Position numbers and translations under genes: made by a program. Of a DNA stretch of 64,000 bases, positions 22,771 through 35,800 are shown in pieces. The stretch comes from Amphiscolops sp. MND2022 (taxonomy: Eukaryota). The stretch's first letter is position 1. Each line of letters begins with the position of its first letter. The stretch covers positions 83,020,001 to 83,084,000 of the forward strand of contig OZ076409.1 of assembly GCA_964187785.1 (NCBI GenBank). The letters run 5' to 3'. Under the pieces are notes generated by a model. The model did not search any database, was not told the DNA's origin, and was given only the letters and a program-made list of their open reading frames with translations.

Positions 22771-23646
22771 TTAGTCGGCACTTTTTTTTAGGAAAGAGTA
22801 GATTATGGTAAAGTCTTTTCGTCAGTTTTTTTAATACACCTGAACCAGTCAAAACATTTCTACAAGTTCTTCAAAATTTGGAAACGTTAGTAGCATCTCA
22901 TGGCCACTAGGTCCAGTGGTTAACGCGGATTCTTGTCCTGGTTGCGAACTCTTAGAGGTAGTAGTATGTGTGTTCCAGTATTGCACTGATTGTAAAATAA
23001 TTAAAGTTTGCAAAAGTTAGTAGGAAAACCAAAAGTGCCTCTCTTTAGAAGTTTTTTGGCAACTTGAAGCATAAACAAATTGTTTTGCGAGCCAAGTTGG
23101 CCGTTTTATGTTTTTTTCAGCACTATGCGACTTACCGATGAAAAAAAGTTATCAAAATTTTGTTTCCGCATTTTATGTTTTTAAGATCTTCTGTAATTAA
23201 AATCGGCTTCGCGAGTCTTCAGTGAGACCTCTTTGTTAGTTCTTGATCATATGGAACAGATGATTTTTCCTAATGATTGTGAAAAAGAGCTTTTTCCCGT
23301 TTTTCGTCTCTGTGAGTCCTTATTCCCGAAACTTTCATTTGGTCAAGGGTACCCCTGACAATCATATTTGATTTCGACTTAAAAAATTAAGCTGAAATGT
23401 TCGGCTCGCTGTGCGAGCTGAAGGCTAGTTTTTTGGTTATATCAGTTTTTCCGAAAGAAAAAACAAGATTTAAAAAAAAGTTTTGTGTGTTTCATGTTGG
23501 TAAAAATGGTTTTCGAATCGTCTGCCTTGGTGGTATTTTTCGACACTGAGAAACCATTGAAATTCCAACAATAGTCTCCTTTGCATTTAAGCAACCTAAT
23601 TTTTGGAACTTGACTGGTGCGCCGACTTGGGCGGTCCCAGCTTGTT
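22771..23646 (-). mobile_element. Another Helentron-like family member, complete only in unit 3 (truncated at the TCAG junction in units 1 and 2)
   Basis: Ends TTAGTCGGC (22771) and GCGCCGACTTGGGCGGTCCCAGCTTGTT (23646), matching the termini of the 25921 and 26611 elements. Confidence 0.65.
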
Positions 23647-25920
23647 GACCCTTGTTGTTACTGTTACGACTACCTAACGGAGTGTTAATTTGGGTAGTCG
23701 TTTTAGTTTTTATGGAAGTTGATGTAGGTTCAATGAAAAAATTTTCAGGCTTTTCTGACTTCGGGTTTTCATATTTGAATTGAGACAAGGAGTTTGAAAC
23801 AATTTGAATTTCCAAAAGAAAATCGTTTTAACAACGGTGTAAAACAGTGCAGCAGTGATCACTGAAAACTTTTTGATTTAATTTATAAAACCGACATTTT
23901 TATACTTTTCTAGCATCACTTATTCCTCACCCACATTTCCTAGGTATCATAAAAATCGGGTTTGTTCAAACAAAAACTCAGTTGATTCATATCATTTCAG
24001 TCCAGCGTCTGAAATTCAGGTATCGAAATTCCTAGTTTCGTCAACTCGGCGTCACGATTGTTGAAATCATAATTGGTCAAACCGGTACATTTCCTGTTGA
24101 AGCGTCAAAATGGCGGTAAAATATGAGTCTAGAAAACATTCTAACGAAGACAGCACGCTGACGTGAACATTTAGTCAACTTTCCAACTAAGGAATTATGA
24201 ATTCAAGACAAAAAATATGACTCGCGAGAATGGCAACGCAACCAAAACGGTACAAATAATTTCGAGAACGGAAATATGTGAACACTGATAAAAAGGAACA
24301 AATGATGCGGGAGTAATATTCCAGTTATTATAATCAGTATTAGTACAAACATAAAACGATGCAGTTGCGTCTAATTAAGGATACAACTACATAATTGTTG
24401 ATACAACGGAGACCTTTCGGTAAACAAAATCCACACTTTGGAAATCGTAATCAGATCATAGGTTAATGACAAACACGTTATTACTTGGATTGATCATTTT
24501 GATTTAATAGTATAGATACAGCGCACTCCATGAAAACAGTTTAAACTTCATTCGAAAGAATTTATCGATGCCATTACGTTGCATTTTTGGCTGCTACAAT
24601 CTGACAATTCGCTCCGTAACGTCTCCGTACGTAATAGGAATAGGTCTAGCTGAACAGCGGTTGACGGAGACGTTACGTTGAGCTTTGGAAAATCATTCCA
24701 ATTCTATAATTAGTGACGTCACAAAATCATTTCAAATAACGTATTGATTGCTAGCATAGTTGTCTTGATGACATCACAAAAAGCATTCCAATTAATTCTC
24801 AATTTTTAACCGAAGCATTCACGTTTTAAGCAATAACAGCCGGGAGCTGGCTGTGACAGTTACGTTTTTCCGCTGTTGGACCCAAACAACCAAATGAACA
24901 AATTTTTGTATACTCCTTTTTCGCTGAAGGTTTGGCCTTCACTAAGGTTTGAATTGCTGAATGCATCCGATTCCGTGCTGTTCCGGCGTACCATGCAAAT
25001 TGACTCGGTCGAACAATCTTGTTGGGTAATTTTGGGTTTCTTGTTGAGTTTCTTCGTTGGGTAAATTCATGCGAGTGCCAATGCGAGTTTGAGGATTAGA
25101 TTTTAGCATTTTTTGAGCATGTACTTACTATCTTTTCTATATTTCCAGTAATTTTACCTAGGGCAACAAATGTGTTGGAATAGTTGAATTTCAAATAAAA
25201 ACAAAAAAGTTCGACTGCACTGGTTAGCTTCGAACGCCCACTTTTCCGGGCGAGGCGCGATATACATCAAATGCCACGTCAACTCTTCGGATATAGCGCT
25301 TTTTCATCGTTATGTATATTTTTCAAGAAACAGTACTAGTACAATTCAGATTGTAGTAATGAAAAATATTGACCCTTAGCGAAGTTCGAAGCCACAAAAG
25401 TATGTTTTCAAATCTCGCACAACAACCAATAGGCCAAATATCAGGATTTGGCTATAGACTTCTTTTGTAAATGGTTCAGTAGTTTCAGGCTGAAGGTGTT
25501 AAAAAATGTATCGCCCAACAGCCTGGTACCACACAAAAAGTGGCTGAGCAGGTACCTAAAATCAGTGAACAAAACGAAGAAAAAGGAGATATAGAACAGA
25601 GCCCGAGAAACCCGAGAAACGCTGATTCTGAAGTGTTTTCAAAAATTTGATGATATTTGATCAAACATTTTTTGATTACCTCCAAAATAACTCGCGTTTC
25701 GAGCTAATTCAATTTCAGTTGGAATCAATTTTTACAAACAAGGGTCCAACTCATTTATTACACATAGTATCTGGTTAGCGTTAAATCCGGTATGAGTTGC
25801 GTTATTCTCGCGTTATTACTCCTCTACAGCTCAATTGTAGGAAGTAGTTGGCGAAAAGGGACTTTGCCAAAATTGAAGAACTTTTGGTAGAACTATTCTA
25901 TCAGTTCGTTGGTCTTAATA

Positions 25921-26610
25921 ACAAGCCGGGACCGGCCCAAGTCGGCGCCATATCCAAGGCTCAAAAATAGCAAAAAGACTTCCAAGTGTCAAGTACTCTT
26001 TTACAGTACTCGAAAATCGAAATTTTTCGAAAAAAAAATTTTCGAAAAAATTACATACTCAAAAAAATGGACTGAGTGGCGCTAAAGTCTCACAATGCCG
26101 AAAAACTGAAAGGGGGGACCCTTTGAGGTTTTTCAACATCCATTCTGTCGCAAAACATGAAAAAATTGAAGAAAACAAAAATTTTCATTTTCGGGAAAAA
26201 ATCTCACAATGCCGAAAAAAAACTGAAAGGGGGGACCCTTTGAGATTTTTCAACATCCATTCTGTCGCAAAACTTCAAAAAAATGCAGGGGGGACCCTTT
26301 GGGGAAAATTTTTTTTTCGAAAAAAAAGTCTCGCAGTGCCGAAAAAAATGAAAGGGGGGAGTCTTTGGTCTCGCCCGGTATGGCATGTTACGCGGAAAAA
26401 CAGGAAAAACCTTTTTGGTTCAGTTCGCTAGACCAAATAGTGCATTTTGATGCAATAATATTTTGTAGAACTTTTGTAGAACTATTTTGGTCAGTTCGTG
26501 TGGATAGAAAAAAAAGAGTCACTATAATAGTCGCGTTTCACTTCATGAAGCGCCGACTAAAAGAGTCACTATAATAGTCGCGTTTCACTTCATGAAGCGC
26601 CGACTAAAAA
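25921..26610 (+). mobile_element. Non-autonomous Helentron/HINE-like repeat with duplicated 3' end
   Basis: Asymmetric subterminal inverted repeats AGTCGGCGC (25940) and GCGCCGACT (26550); A-run flanks; internal ~114-bp tandem duplication (26088 and 26202); 47-bp 3'-terminal duplication. Confidence 0.7.
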
Positions 26611-27140
26611 ACAAGCCGGGAACGGCCCAAGTCGGCGCCATATCTAAGGCTCAAAAATAGCAAAAGGACTTCAAAGTGTCAAGTATTCTCTTCTACAGTA
26701 CCCGCGTGAGGATAAAATTTAAAATTCCGGATTTTTTTTGAGATTTTTCGAATTTTTTTTGGTCTACAGTAAGTCGCATAGTGCCGAAAAATGTAAAAAG
26801 GGACCCTTGGGGAGTTTTTGAACATCTATTTTTTTGCAAAATAGAGAAAAATTGAAGGGGGACCCTATGGAGACTTTAAAAAAATTTGCGAAAAAAAGTC
26901 TCACAAAGCTGAAATAACCTGCACAAAAAATTTTGGTCAAGAGCGAGATTCGAACCCACGTCCTTCAGCTTGGCAGACCTCAAAAAATCCTGATTAACCT
27001 CTATGCCAAGTGGCAGTAGAAGTTACATTATTGTGGCAGTTAGTGAAAGCCAGCTTATAAAGCTAGTAAAATCTGTCACTTCGTTGGTCTTAAAAAAAGT
27101 CACTGCTATAGTCTGCATTTTTCTACGACGCCGACTAAAA
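26611..27140 (+). mobile_element. Second Helentron/HINE-like repeat, head-to-tail with the first
   Basis: Same 5' end ACAAGCCGGGA.CGGCCCAAGTCGGCGCCATATC and 3' end CGCCGACTAAAA; different interior containing an antisense tRNA-like segment. Confidence 0.7.
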
Positions 27141-27349
27141 ACGCTCTTTGTCGGGCTTGAGTAACTTATGTGGACTTGGAGTTGGCTCAGAGCTCTAAAA
27201 TGAGGAGTCTCCTCTACGAATGAAAAGCCTCCCCAGGAGATCTTTTTTGTGTGAAGTCCTGGTTTTTATATTTCTGTAGGACTATGGCCTCCTGTCTGGG
27301 CAACATAATCGGCGTCTCAACTCCCCTCTTGCTGGACGTTATAAAAAAA

Positions 27350-28282
27350 ACTCTACTTGAGCTTAGATTTTTGAAATTTGTTTTAAAAAAAATCTGTTTC
27401 AATGAAATTTTGACATAACATTTACCTGAGCATTGCCAGCAGCCGCCATGAGTGGATTTTGACAACTGTTATCGAGAAAAACGTCATCAGTCAAACTCAT
27501 CCCATTGGGCAGATAATTGATCATTCTCTTCATAAATTTAGGTCCATTTCTGAGTGCCAAGTGATGGAAAAAGGTTGTACCATTTGCTTCTTTCTCCATA
27601 ACTTTTCTTTTGATATCCAAACGGAGTCGTTTCCAATTAAAATACGTAGCTTTGGCGCACACGACAAGATGTCTCCAAGAAAGTCAGAAGTCTATGTTAT
27701 GGTTCTGAGTTGAGAATAGTATGACAATCTCTTGAAATGTTCACATCAAATCTCTTTTGGGCGACTATTTTTTCAATTAGCTTCTAGTTATGCATGTCAA
27801 CACGCAATGGGCATTCATTCTAAAGCAAATTTGACTAAAGTTAGACTTGGAAAAAAAATCAATAATTTAGTTTTTCTAATGCTTCTGACTTTCCCTGTGG
27901 ACTGAGGGAGCAGGTTTAAAAGGAAATTAGTTATCCTTTCGACTTTGTCAACGTCAACATATTCCAGAAGAAACTCTGCTTGCTCTGGATGCTTCCGGAA
28001 AAGTTTTCGTACAAGACCGAGACTGTCAATTTGCCCATTGGATCCAACTAAATCAAATGCATGTTTCAATCCAGCAGATGTGAGCGTGGGTTTGTCTTTG
28101 ATGGTCGAAAGGATATGTTCCGGAATATCGAGATCACTGGGTGATCCAAAATTTATGGAAAACGAAAACTTACATCCAACAATATCTTCACATTGATTTT
28201 TTTGCTCAAACTTCATATTATGGAAATAGAAAAGTGACGGAGTTTTTGGCCATGTTCTATTTTTATGCCTAGAAAAACGCAA
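27350..28282 (-). pseudogene. Decayed coding segments, including ankyrin-like repeats
   Basis: ORF 27399-27662 has EANGTTFFHHLALRNG and DNSCQNPLMAAAGNAQVNVM; ORF 27815-28282 has protein-like composition; frames are broken. Confidence 0.5.
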
Positions 28283-28793
28283 TTCCTTCCAGAGTATTGA
28301 ATGACAAAAATTTACGATCGTAACATTATATTCAGGGGAACATACATTCTTTTCAAAAAAAACATTGCCTCAAATAGAAGAGCAAAATCAGGAATATGAA
28401 TAAAAAATCATTATGGACAGTTTTCTGAAAGCGTTTTGCTAGAATATTTCAGGGCGGATAATCGCATGGTTCGTATTAGGCGTCTTGTTTCAATTCATGA
28501 TAATTGCAAGACCGCAGCTGACCAGCGGTTTATTTCCGCCTCAAACTGTTCTAACTTCTTTGGAGAGATGACTAGTATCGAGAGTTGTACCATGTTTGTA
28601 CCAGATCCTGTGTATTTCGGTATTTGATTTTCTCTTCTTTTTTCTGAATTTTAGATATTTTTTAGCATTTCGATTGTATTTTTTTGAAAAATTTCATAGG
28701 TACTGGTATCCACAAAGTTCAAGAACAAATCAATTTTTTTTACTTCGTGAGGAGGTACATTGAGTGTTCCTTATCAAAATTGGATAACATGAA

Positions 28794-31700
28794 TGTAATA
28801 CGGTGCAAATACCGATACCGAATCTCACGGTGACAACGTCAATCAAACTTGTCCTGATCTAAAAGACTAATCAAACAATTTAGAATCAAATGTTTTTTGT
28901 TAGTAAATACCAGACGACTACTGTTGTGCTTTATTTATATCATTTGATCTAGAACCAGATATAGGAAGAGATCGTTCGTTGTTAGATTGGATATTAAAGA
29001 AAAGAGTTTCTATTCAAAAAACCTGTTTTATTATTTCCACCAAGATATAGAACATGGCGCAGTCAGCATTTTAATTACCCACTGAATTTTATCGGAACAA
29101 AGAATATGACAACAGAAACGAAACAAAATGAAGTAACGAACTTCGAGGCCACATCAGACGGAAAACGAGTTTTACACCGAAACAATGGCTCAAAAGATTC
29201 CGGCAATATACGAAGAGAAAATACAAAATCGACATTAACGAATTGATACGGAGAGTTGAAATGACACAAAACGGTTGAACCGGAAAAGAAACGGAAATAC
29301 AAGAAGACTTCATATGGGGCATAGGCCCCAAAGAATTGTACCAAATGACACGGGCATAATACAAAATCGAACCGGACAAAAATGCGGTGAAAGATCTAAT
29401 CCGACTATTCAACGAATACTTCCTACCAAAACGAAATTCATACCACAACCGCGAAGAATTCTTTTGGACAAAACAGACTGAAACAGAAACACCCGAAGGC
29501 TTCTGGCGGCGACTGATAGAAATTGAAAAAGAATGCGCATTCGAAGGAGTTACAGTCGAAGATTTACTCATTTCAAAAATTATGACCGCAATTACGGATT
29601 CAAAACTCCGAGACAAACCAATGAAAGAAAAGAAACTTGATTCGAAGAAAACAATTGATATGATCAAACAGAACACATACCAAAGAAAAAACCGGAAAAA
29701 CACAATACCGGAAGCCTTAATTACAAGCCGAGAAAAAGAAATAAAAGAAGAACTAATACAAAAAATGGAACGATTCGGAACTAGACCGAAAAACAGAAAG
29801 ACAAACGCCAAACCTTGCAAATTCTGTAATGCACCAAATTGGAACCCAACCCACAAATACCCGGCATTAGATAAACTCTGCAACAATTGCGGAAAGAGAC
29901 GGCACTTTGCCCGAGAATGTAGACAAAAAGAAATTTACAAACGCAAAGTACAAATTGTAACCGAAGAAGAAACAACAGCAATTGGCGGAGAAGCCGGCGA
30001 ATCAGAATCGAGTATCTACAGAATTGAAAAGATAAATAGAATTACCGACAGAAACAAATACTTGACAGCGAAGGTGAAAACGAACGGAATCGAAAAAAAT
30101 TCATAGTAGACACCGGATCACCCATCTCAATATTGCCGGCAGACGAATATATACTTGAGAAAACCGAAATACAGAAAAAATAACATACCAACGGATAACG
30201 AATGCGAGAACAACAAACACAAACAGAAAATGCAAATACTAATTACTGGAAGAGATGACATAACACCACTGCTGGGGATGGAATGGATGAGGAAATTTAA
30301 TTTAACAAGTAGAAACATCCGAACAGATGAAAACAACCAATCAGAAAAGAAACGAAGGATCGAAAAATTCCCGGACTTATTCAAAAACAACACAACAATA
30401 AAAGATTCAGAAATAAACATCCAATTGAAATCGGGACGTTATCCGGAGAAAATGAAAGCAAGACCTATCCCACGACTTTTACAGGAAGAAGTCGGTAAAG
30501 AACTGGAAAAATTTATAGAAACCGGACACCTAGAAAAAGTAATGTATGTGGATGAGGATTGTTTTGTTTCTCCGGTTGTAATCACCGTGAAAAATACTAA
30601 ATCAGTGAAGATTGCGTTAGACTTGAGGAAACTAAACGACAGCTGTACAAAAATCAGACCCCGTATGCCGAAATCGGATGAATTGCTGAACCAAATTTCA
30701 GAGGTTACAAGAGACAGAACAAAAGAACTGAATATATCGAAAATTGATTTGGACTACGCATATGGCCAATTAAAAATATCAAAAGAAACGAACCGACAAT
30801 GCGTATTTGCACTAACCGGGGGGAGGGGAATTGAGCGGATATTCCCGATTCAAGAGGGGATTTGGCGGTCTTGCCGATATCCCAACTATCTTCCAAGAAA
30901 ATAATAACCGAACTTTAGAATATTCCACATCGGCTTGGTTGGACGACATAATAGTAGTCACTAGAGGAGACCTAACAGAACACGAGTAAAAAATATTCAA
31001 TGTTTTGAAAAAACTAGAAAACGCAGGATACCGAGCAAATGAAAGAAAATACGAATTATTTCTAAACAGAACCAAATGGCTTGGACATGAAATTGATGAA
31101 ACGGGGATTTAACCGAATACAAAGAAAGGAAGAGCAATACTGGAATTGAAGAACCCGGAAAATCAAAAACAATTGAAGTCACTTCGCGGCGCAATACCTC
31201 ATAAAATTTATACCTGGACTATCGGAAAGAACTGAAAGACTCCGAAGACTACTAAAGATGGACTCTAAATGGAATTGAGGAAATGAACAAGATGAAGAAT
31301 TCAATAACATAAAGAAACTGTTGACCGAAGAACCTTGTCTAACCCACTACGCAAAAGACAGAGAGAACATTGCTACAACTGACGAAAACAAAACCGAACT
31401 CGGAATTACATTATGGCAGAAACAGTCGATGGAGAAATAAAATCGATAGCATTCGGAAAAAGATATTTAAATGAGAGCGAATTGAATTACTCGGTTGGGG
31501 AATTAGAATTATTGGCAGTTGTGTGGGGCCAAGAAAAGTTACGATCTTACTTATACGGAAAAATATCTTTTTATACACAGACCATCAAGCACTTGAACCA
31601 TTGATTAAAAGAAACCCGTGCAATCGGCAATACAGCGCAAGACTAATCAGGTGGTTCGACAGACTCGCGCACATTGATGTAGCTATACAACACATTGCCG

Positions 31701-34679
31701 GAAGCGAATTAAGTTTACCGACTTTTTAAGGAGTAATCTGGTAAAAAACGCATCGACCGAGAACGTATACGATGAGCAGTACGGAATTAACATCCCCTCA
31801 GAATAAGCCGAATCAAACATCAAATACGGATCAATAATCACTGAACCCACCGGAAAGAAATAAAAAACCAAACAAAAAGCGATGACCAATAAAAATACAA
31901 TAGAACATTCGAGAATAACCGAGACGTGAACAAAAATTGCGATCAAGCGATATTTGCAAAGAACAATTGCCGAGAAAAGTTTAAACCGGAAAGTAAAGTC
32001 CGAAACGTGAATTTGAAGCAAATTTCATTTTCATAATCAAATTCAAATTCCTTACCATCATTTAAGATAGAAATGGACCAAGAATACTTCCACTGGGGCG
32101 CAACAACCGAGATCATGGAGATCATCAGACGGAGAAGAAAGAGCCCAGAAACCTTCAGACTAGTGGAAAGGAGATTGGAAATCTCGAGACCAGGAACAAT
32201 GCGCCGAAAAGTTGATATGAAGGCGCAACAACAAATCTGGGTTCTCTCCAGACCGAACAAAAGAAGCAGAGAAGAAATCGCCATGATTGCCGACGAATTG
32301 CTCTCACGGGCAAACCGATTCGGCGGAGGATAACAGCCACTAGATGACCGAGGAGCAGAAGAAGATGATTTCAACAATAACTATCAACAACAACCGGAAA
32401 TCATAGAAGAAGGAAATAAACCGGACAGCGAAGGCGAACCCCAAATAAAACGAGGAAATAACTTCCCAATCGTAGATCTGAAAGCATACAACAAGGAAGT
32501 ACGAGAAGCTCAGTTTGTTTTTACAAATAAACCAAATAATTGCCACGGGGGGGGACAAAGAAGCCACGGAAGACGTAATCAAGAAGGCCGAATTCAATTT
32601 CATGTTCGACCTAAAAACACTAATCGCAAAATCCAGTACAGACGCCGAGCTGATCCTGGTCAGACACGCGATGAGACGAGCAGAAAAAACGGCCCAGAAC
32701 GCTACCGACCAGCTTTCGAAAAACTATAGAACAAGTGAGGACTGAAATTCAATTAAGATTGCATAATTGTGCAAACCGAACTGAGAAAGAATCTACTCGA
32801 CACATTGCACTTCGGACATGCCGGATCCACAAAAATGTTAGCCGAAGCTAAAACATTCTGGTGGCCAAACATGTTCAAAGAGATCGAGGACAAAACCAAA
32901 AACTGTGTGGCCTGCATGGTTTCGGGTAAGAATCGAAATTACCAAATACAAAAAAAACTTGGAAAATTGAAAACATTAACGGAACAGGGACAAGAGATCC
33001 AAATTGATTTTTCCGCAGATTTAAATCACAAAAGAACTAAACGAAGAACATCAAATTTTAATCGCCATCAATAGATGTAGCAAATGGCCAACCGTAAGGA
33101 TTTGTAAATCATCGGAAACGAAAGTGGTACTGAGTTTCCTAAAACAAAAGATTATTTTATTTGGACTCCCGGAAAAAATCAAAAAGTACAAAGGCGGAGA
33201 ATTTATTTCCAAAGAATACAATGACTTCTGTAAGTCAAAAAACATTGAAATCGAACATAGCACACCGAGACGGCATACCGGTACGGGAGTAATAGAACGC
33301 GCAATACAAGCATTGAAGAACCTAATAATTGCTAATATGGAAGACAATTTATGCTTGAACGAACGTGTAAATAGAGCTATCACATGTAAAGCGATTTAGA
33401 ATACATACGGGACAAAAGATTACAACATTCGAATTACATCACGGCCGCAAACCAAGAACCGAATTAACAAATGTAATGAAGACCGGATAATCATTTCTTT
33501 CCAATTGGTCGGAAATGTCCATTTCAGCAAAAAACTGACCGAAGATATAACCGGCCAATCTACGTTACCAGAAACGGAGACGGGTAGGTATCGAACCACA
33601 TTGTAATAGCCCGTTCAAAAACGGAAGAAAATGCCCTAGCCGAAAAGTCACCGAAAAAGAGATGTTCGGTTAGTAACTAACCCTTTCAATCCTTCGAAAA
33701 GAACCATAACAAAATATCACTCGAAGGTAGATTTCAAAAACATTTACAGAGGGCATTAAAAAGTACGGAACATACCGTAAGCACCGATACCGGAAAAATA
33801 ATTCACCGAAAATTTACTTCGGACCCAATTACATTTCAGAAAGAAAGAAAAGTAGCACCGAAGATCGGAGACACAATAACTCTGAAAAACCAACATTGCC
33901 TCAGAGGGGTCGACGGAAAGTACATAAAATGGAACGAAATCCTAAGAGATGTACTCAACGGAAAGTTGAAAATCGTTCAAAACAAAAGAACGGAATCGGA
34001 CTCCGAAAGTGCAGAAAGGGAGATTGAAGACGACGAAAGTGATTTTGAGAATCACGACACATCCACCGAACGGGAATGTTGCTACCGCCCGATTACAGCT
34101 TCACCCGAAGATGAACTAAATCTCCACACGAATGGCGAACTAATTACGGGTGAGATAAAAACAGAAAAGAGAATACCCGACAAAAAATATTAGACGGTCA
34201 AACCGTGAAAGTAAACATTCGAGTAGATACGGGGGGTTACATTTGCTCGAAATTTTTGGATATGAACTAACAGATTTAACATGTTACAGGTGACAACAAA
34301 TGGAACAATAGAAAAGGAACTCCACAACCACTTTCCAAGCTAGCGGACTTCGCACGGGAGAAAACACCGACACCGGGAACCTCAAGAATGTAAACCGAGG
34401 AGAGCGCAGAAGGGGGAATGTAATACGGTGCAAATACCGATACCGAATCTTACGGTGACAACGTCAATCAAATTTGTCGTGATCTAAAAGACTAATCAAA
34501 CAATTTAGAATCAATTGATGTTTTTTGTTAGTGAATACCAGCCTACTGTTGTGCTTTATTCATATCATTTGATCTAGAACCAGATATAGAAAGAGATCGT
34601 TCGTTGTTAGATTGGATATTAAAGAAACGTGTTTCGATTCAAAAAACCTGCTTTATTATTTCAACCAAGATATAGAACC
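28794..34679 (+). mobile_element. Full-length decayed Ty3/Gypsy LTR retrotransposon B
   Basis: 261-bp LTRs at 28794-29054 and 34419-34679 (~12 substitutions plus 2 indels). PBS TGGCGCAGTCAGC (tRNA-Ser-like) at 29055; PPT GAAGGGGGAA; TSD ATGAA/TTGAA. gag CNNCGKRRHFAREC, protease IVDTGS, RT WLDD (30936), RNase H ELELLAVVW, integrase HFGHAG..CVAC. Many stops and frameshifts. Confidence 0.95.
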
Positions 34680-35533
34680 TTGAATATTTGCATTCTCATA
34701 TTTCATTGGCTGTTCTCGAGCTTTTGAGCTAGGTAGTAATATAGCCGCCGGCACCTTGTCAACTGATGGTGCACTAGCAGCTGTGCTTTTTGTTTTATCA
34801 CACAAAGGTCTGACTGACCGTTGTTCAGTTCAATTTTAATTTCTTCTTCGTCAATTGCATTTTTTCCAAGGCAAAACTACTGAGCTAGAACAGCCCCCAA
34901 GTTTAATTGAAATACAAATAAATAAAATAAAATGAAAGTTTGTTTTAGAATAAAATAAAATAAAATAAAATGAAAAAAAAAATAATCATTTTTTTCAGAC
35001 TGGTTCATTCGAGCGATTTTTGAGAAAATTTGAAAATTCATACTAAAATTGGTCGAGTAGCTATCAAGAACTTGTTAGCAAAATGGTGATTTCCGAAGCC
35101 ACGAAAACGTCCAAACTTAGTACAAATTAGAATAGGATGTTAAAGGTATATACCATATGGTCATTTCCCAACTCCTTCCATACATTTTTCGGAGAGAGTT
35201 AGCTTTTTCCAAACAAAGTGTTTCTTCTAGCCATATTTTCAGCGTTATGAGTAGTACATACAAAAATATTTTAAACAAAATAGAAATATTTCACAAAAGG
35301 ACAAAGCGAAACAAAATTTATATAATTCTGACATTTTTTGGGCATTTCATGGCATAAAAAATATCTCATTATCAAATACTTTTAGGGAGTTTGCTGAAAA
35401 ACTAACTCTTTTGTCTCGGGACTCCTTGAATTTTCATATCCGCAGAATGGTTCAAATATTGAAGAAACTTCGGCAAAAAGGGTCGCAAAGATGGATTTGA
35501 GAGTATGTTGTAAAATCTTGGAGGCAGTTATCT

Positions 35534-35800
35534 GGGAGAGCATGGCGTAGTGGTTAGAGCATTCGGCCTGTAATGGGGCGGTATCAGGTTCGAATCTCTC
35601 AACTCACCATTGTTGGGCCTTGAGCAAGTCCTTCATCCCTAGCTTAGTGGTATGGTCAATGACAAAAAAATAACGCATTTGGCGGCAAAAAAAAAACAAA
35701 AAGAAAAAGAGCAACGGTGAGCAGTCAGACCTTTGTGACCTTGAGCAAGTCACTTTGAAACCACCACTTGAAGTCCACCATTGCTTGACCACTTGGCTGC
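35534..35800 (+). mobile_element. tRNA-derived SINE with CORE-like domain
   Basis: A box TGGCGTAGTGG (35543), B box GGTTCGAATC (35587), then CCTTGAGCAAGTC twice, including TGTGACCTTGAGCAAGTCACTT (35734). Confidence 0.75.

Larger units (their letters stand above)
14504..23445. repeat. Head-to-tail tandem array of three composite units (14504-17763, 17764-20187, 20188-23441)
   Basis: Each unit begins TCAGCTATCTGCG; unit lengths 3260, 2424 and 3254 bp. Near-identical sequence and repeated ORFs (e.g. 16541 and 22220 give identical 89-aa translations). Unit 2 lacks ~830 bp. Confidence 0.95.
25507..27343 (+). mobile_element. Degenerate solo LTR related to the LTR of element D, interrupted by two Helentron-like repeats
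   Basis: Starts TGTATCGCCC and ends GGACGTTATA (element D: TGTAACGTCC..GGACGTTACA). 27190-27240 AGCTCTAA..GAGGAGTCTCCT..GAAAAG..CCCC..GGAGA matches 55533-55583. AAAAA on both flanks. Confidence 0.55.

Noticed and set aside
14504..23445. CRISPR array, or protein-coding genes in the tandem units
   Set aside because: Units are kilobase-scale with no repeat-spacer structure; the short ORFs are F/K-rich translations of AT-rich repeats, with frames that vary between copies.
29089..29886. Long antisense ORFs over gag/pol regions (also 556-846, 60518-61090 and others)
   Set aside because: They are shadows of the compositionally biased sense coding strand, with no recognisable motifs.
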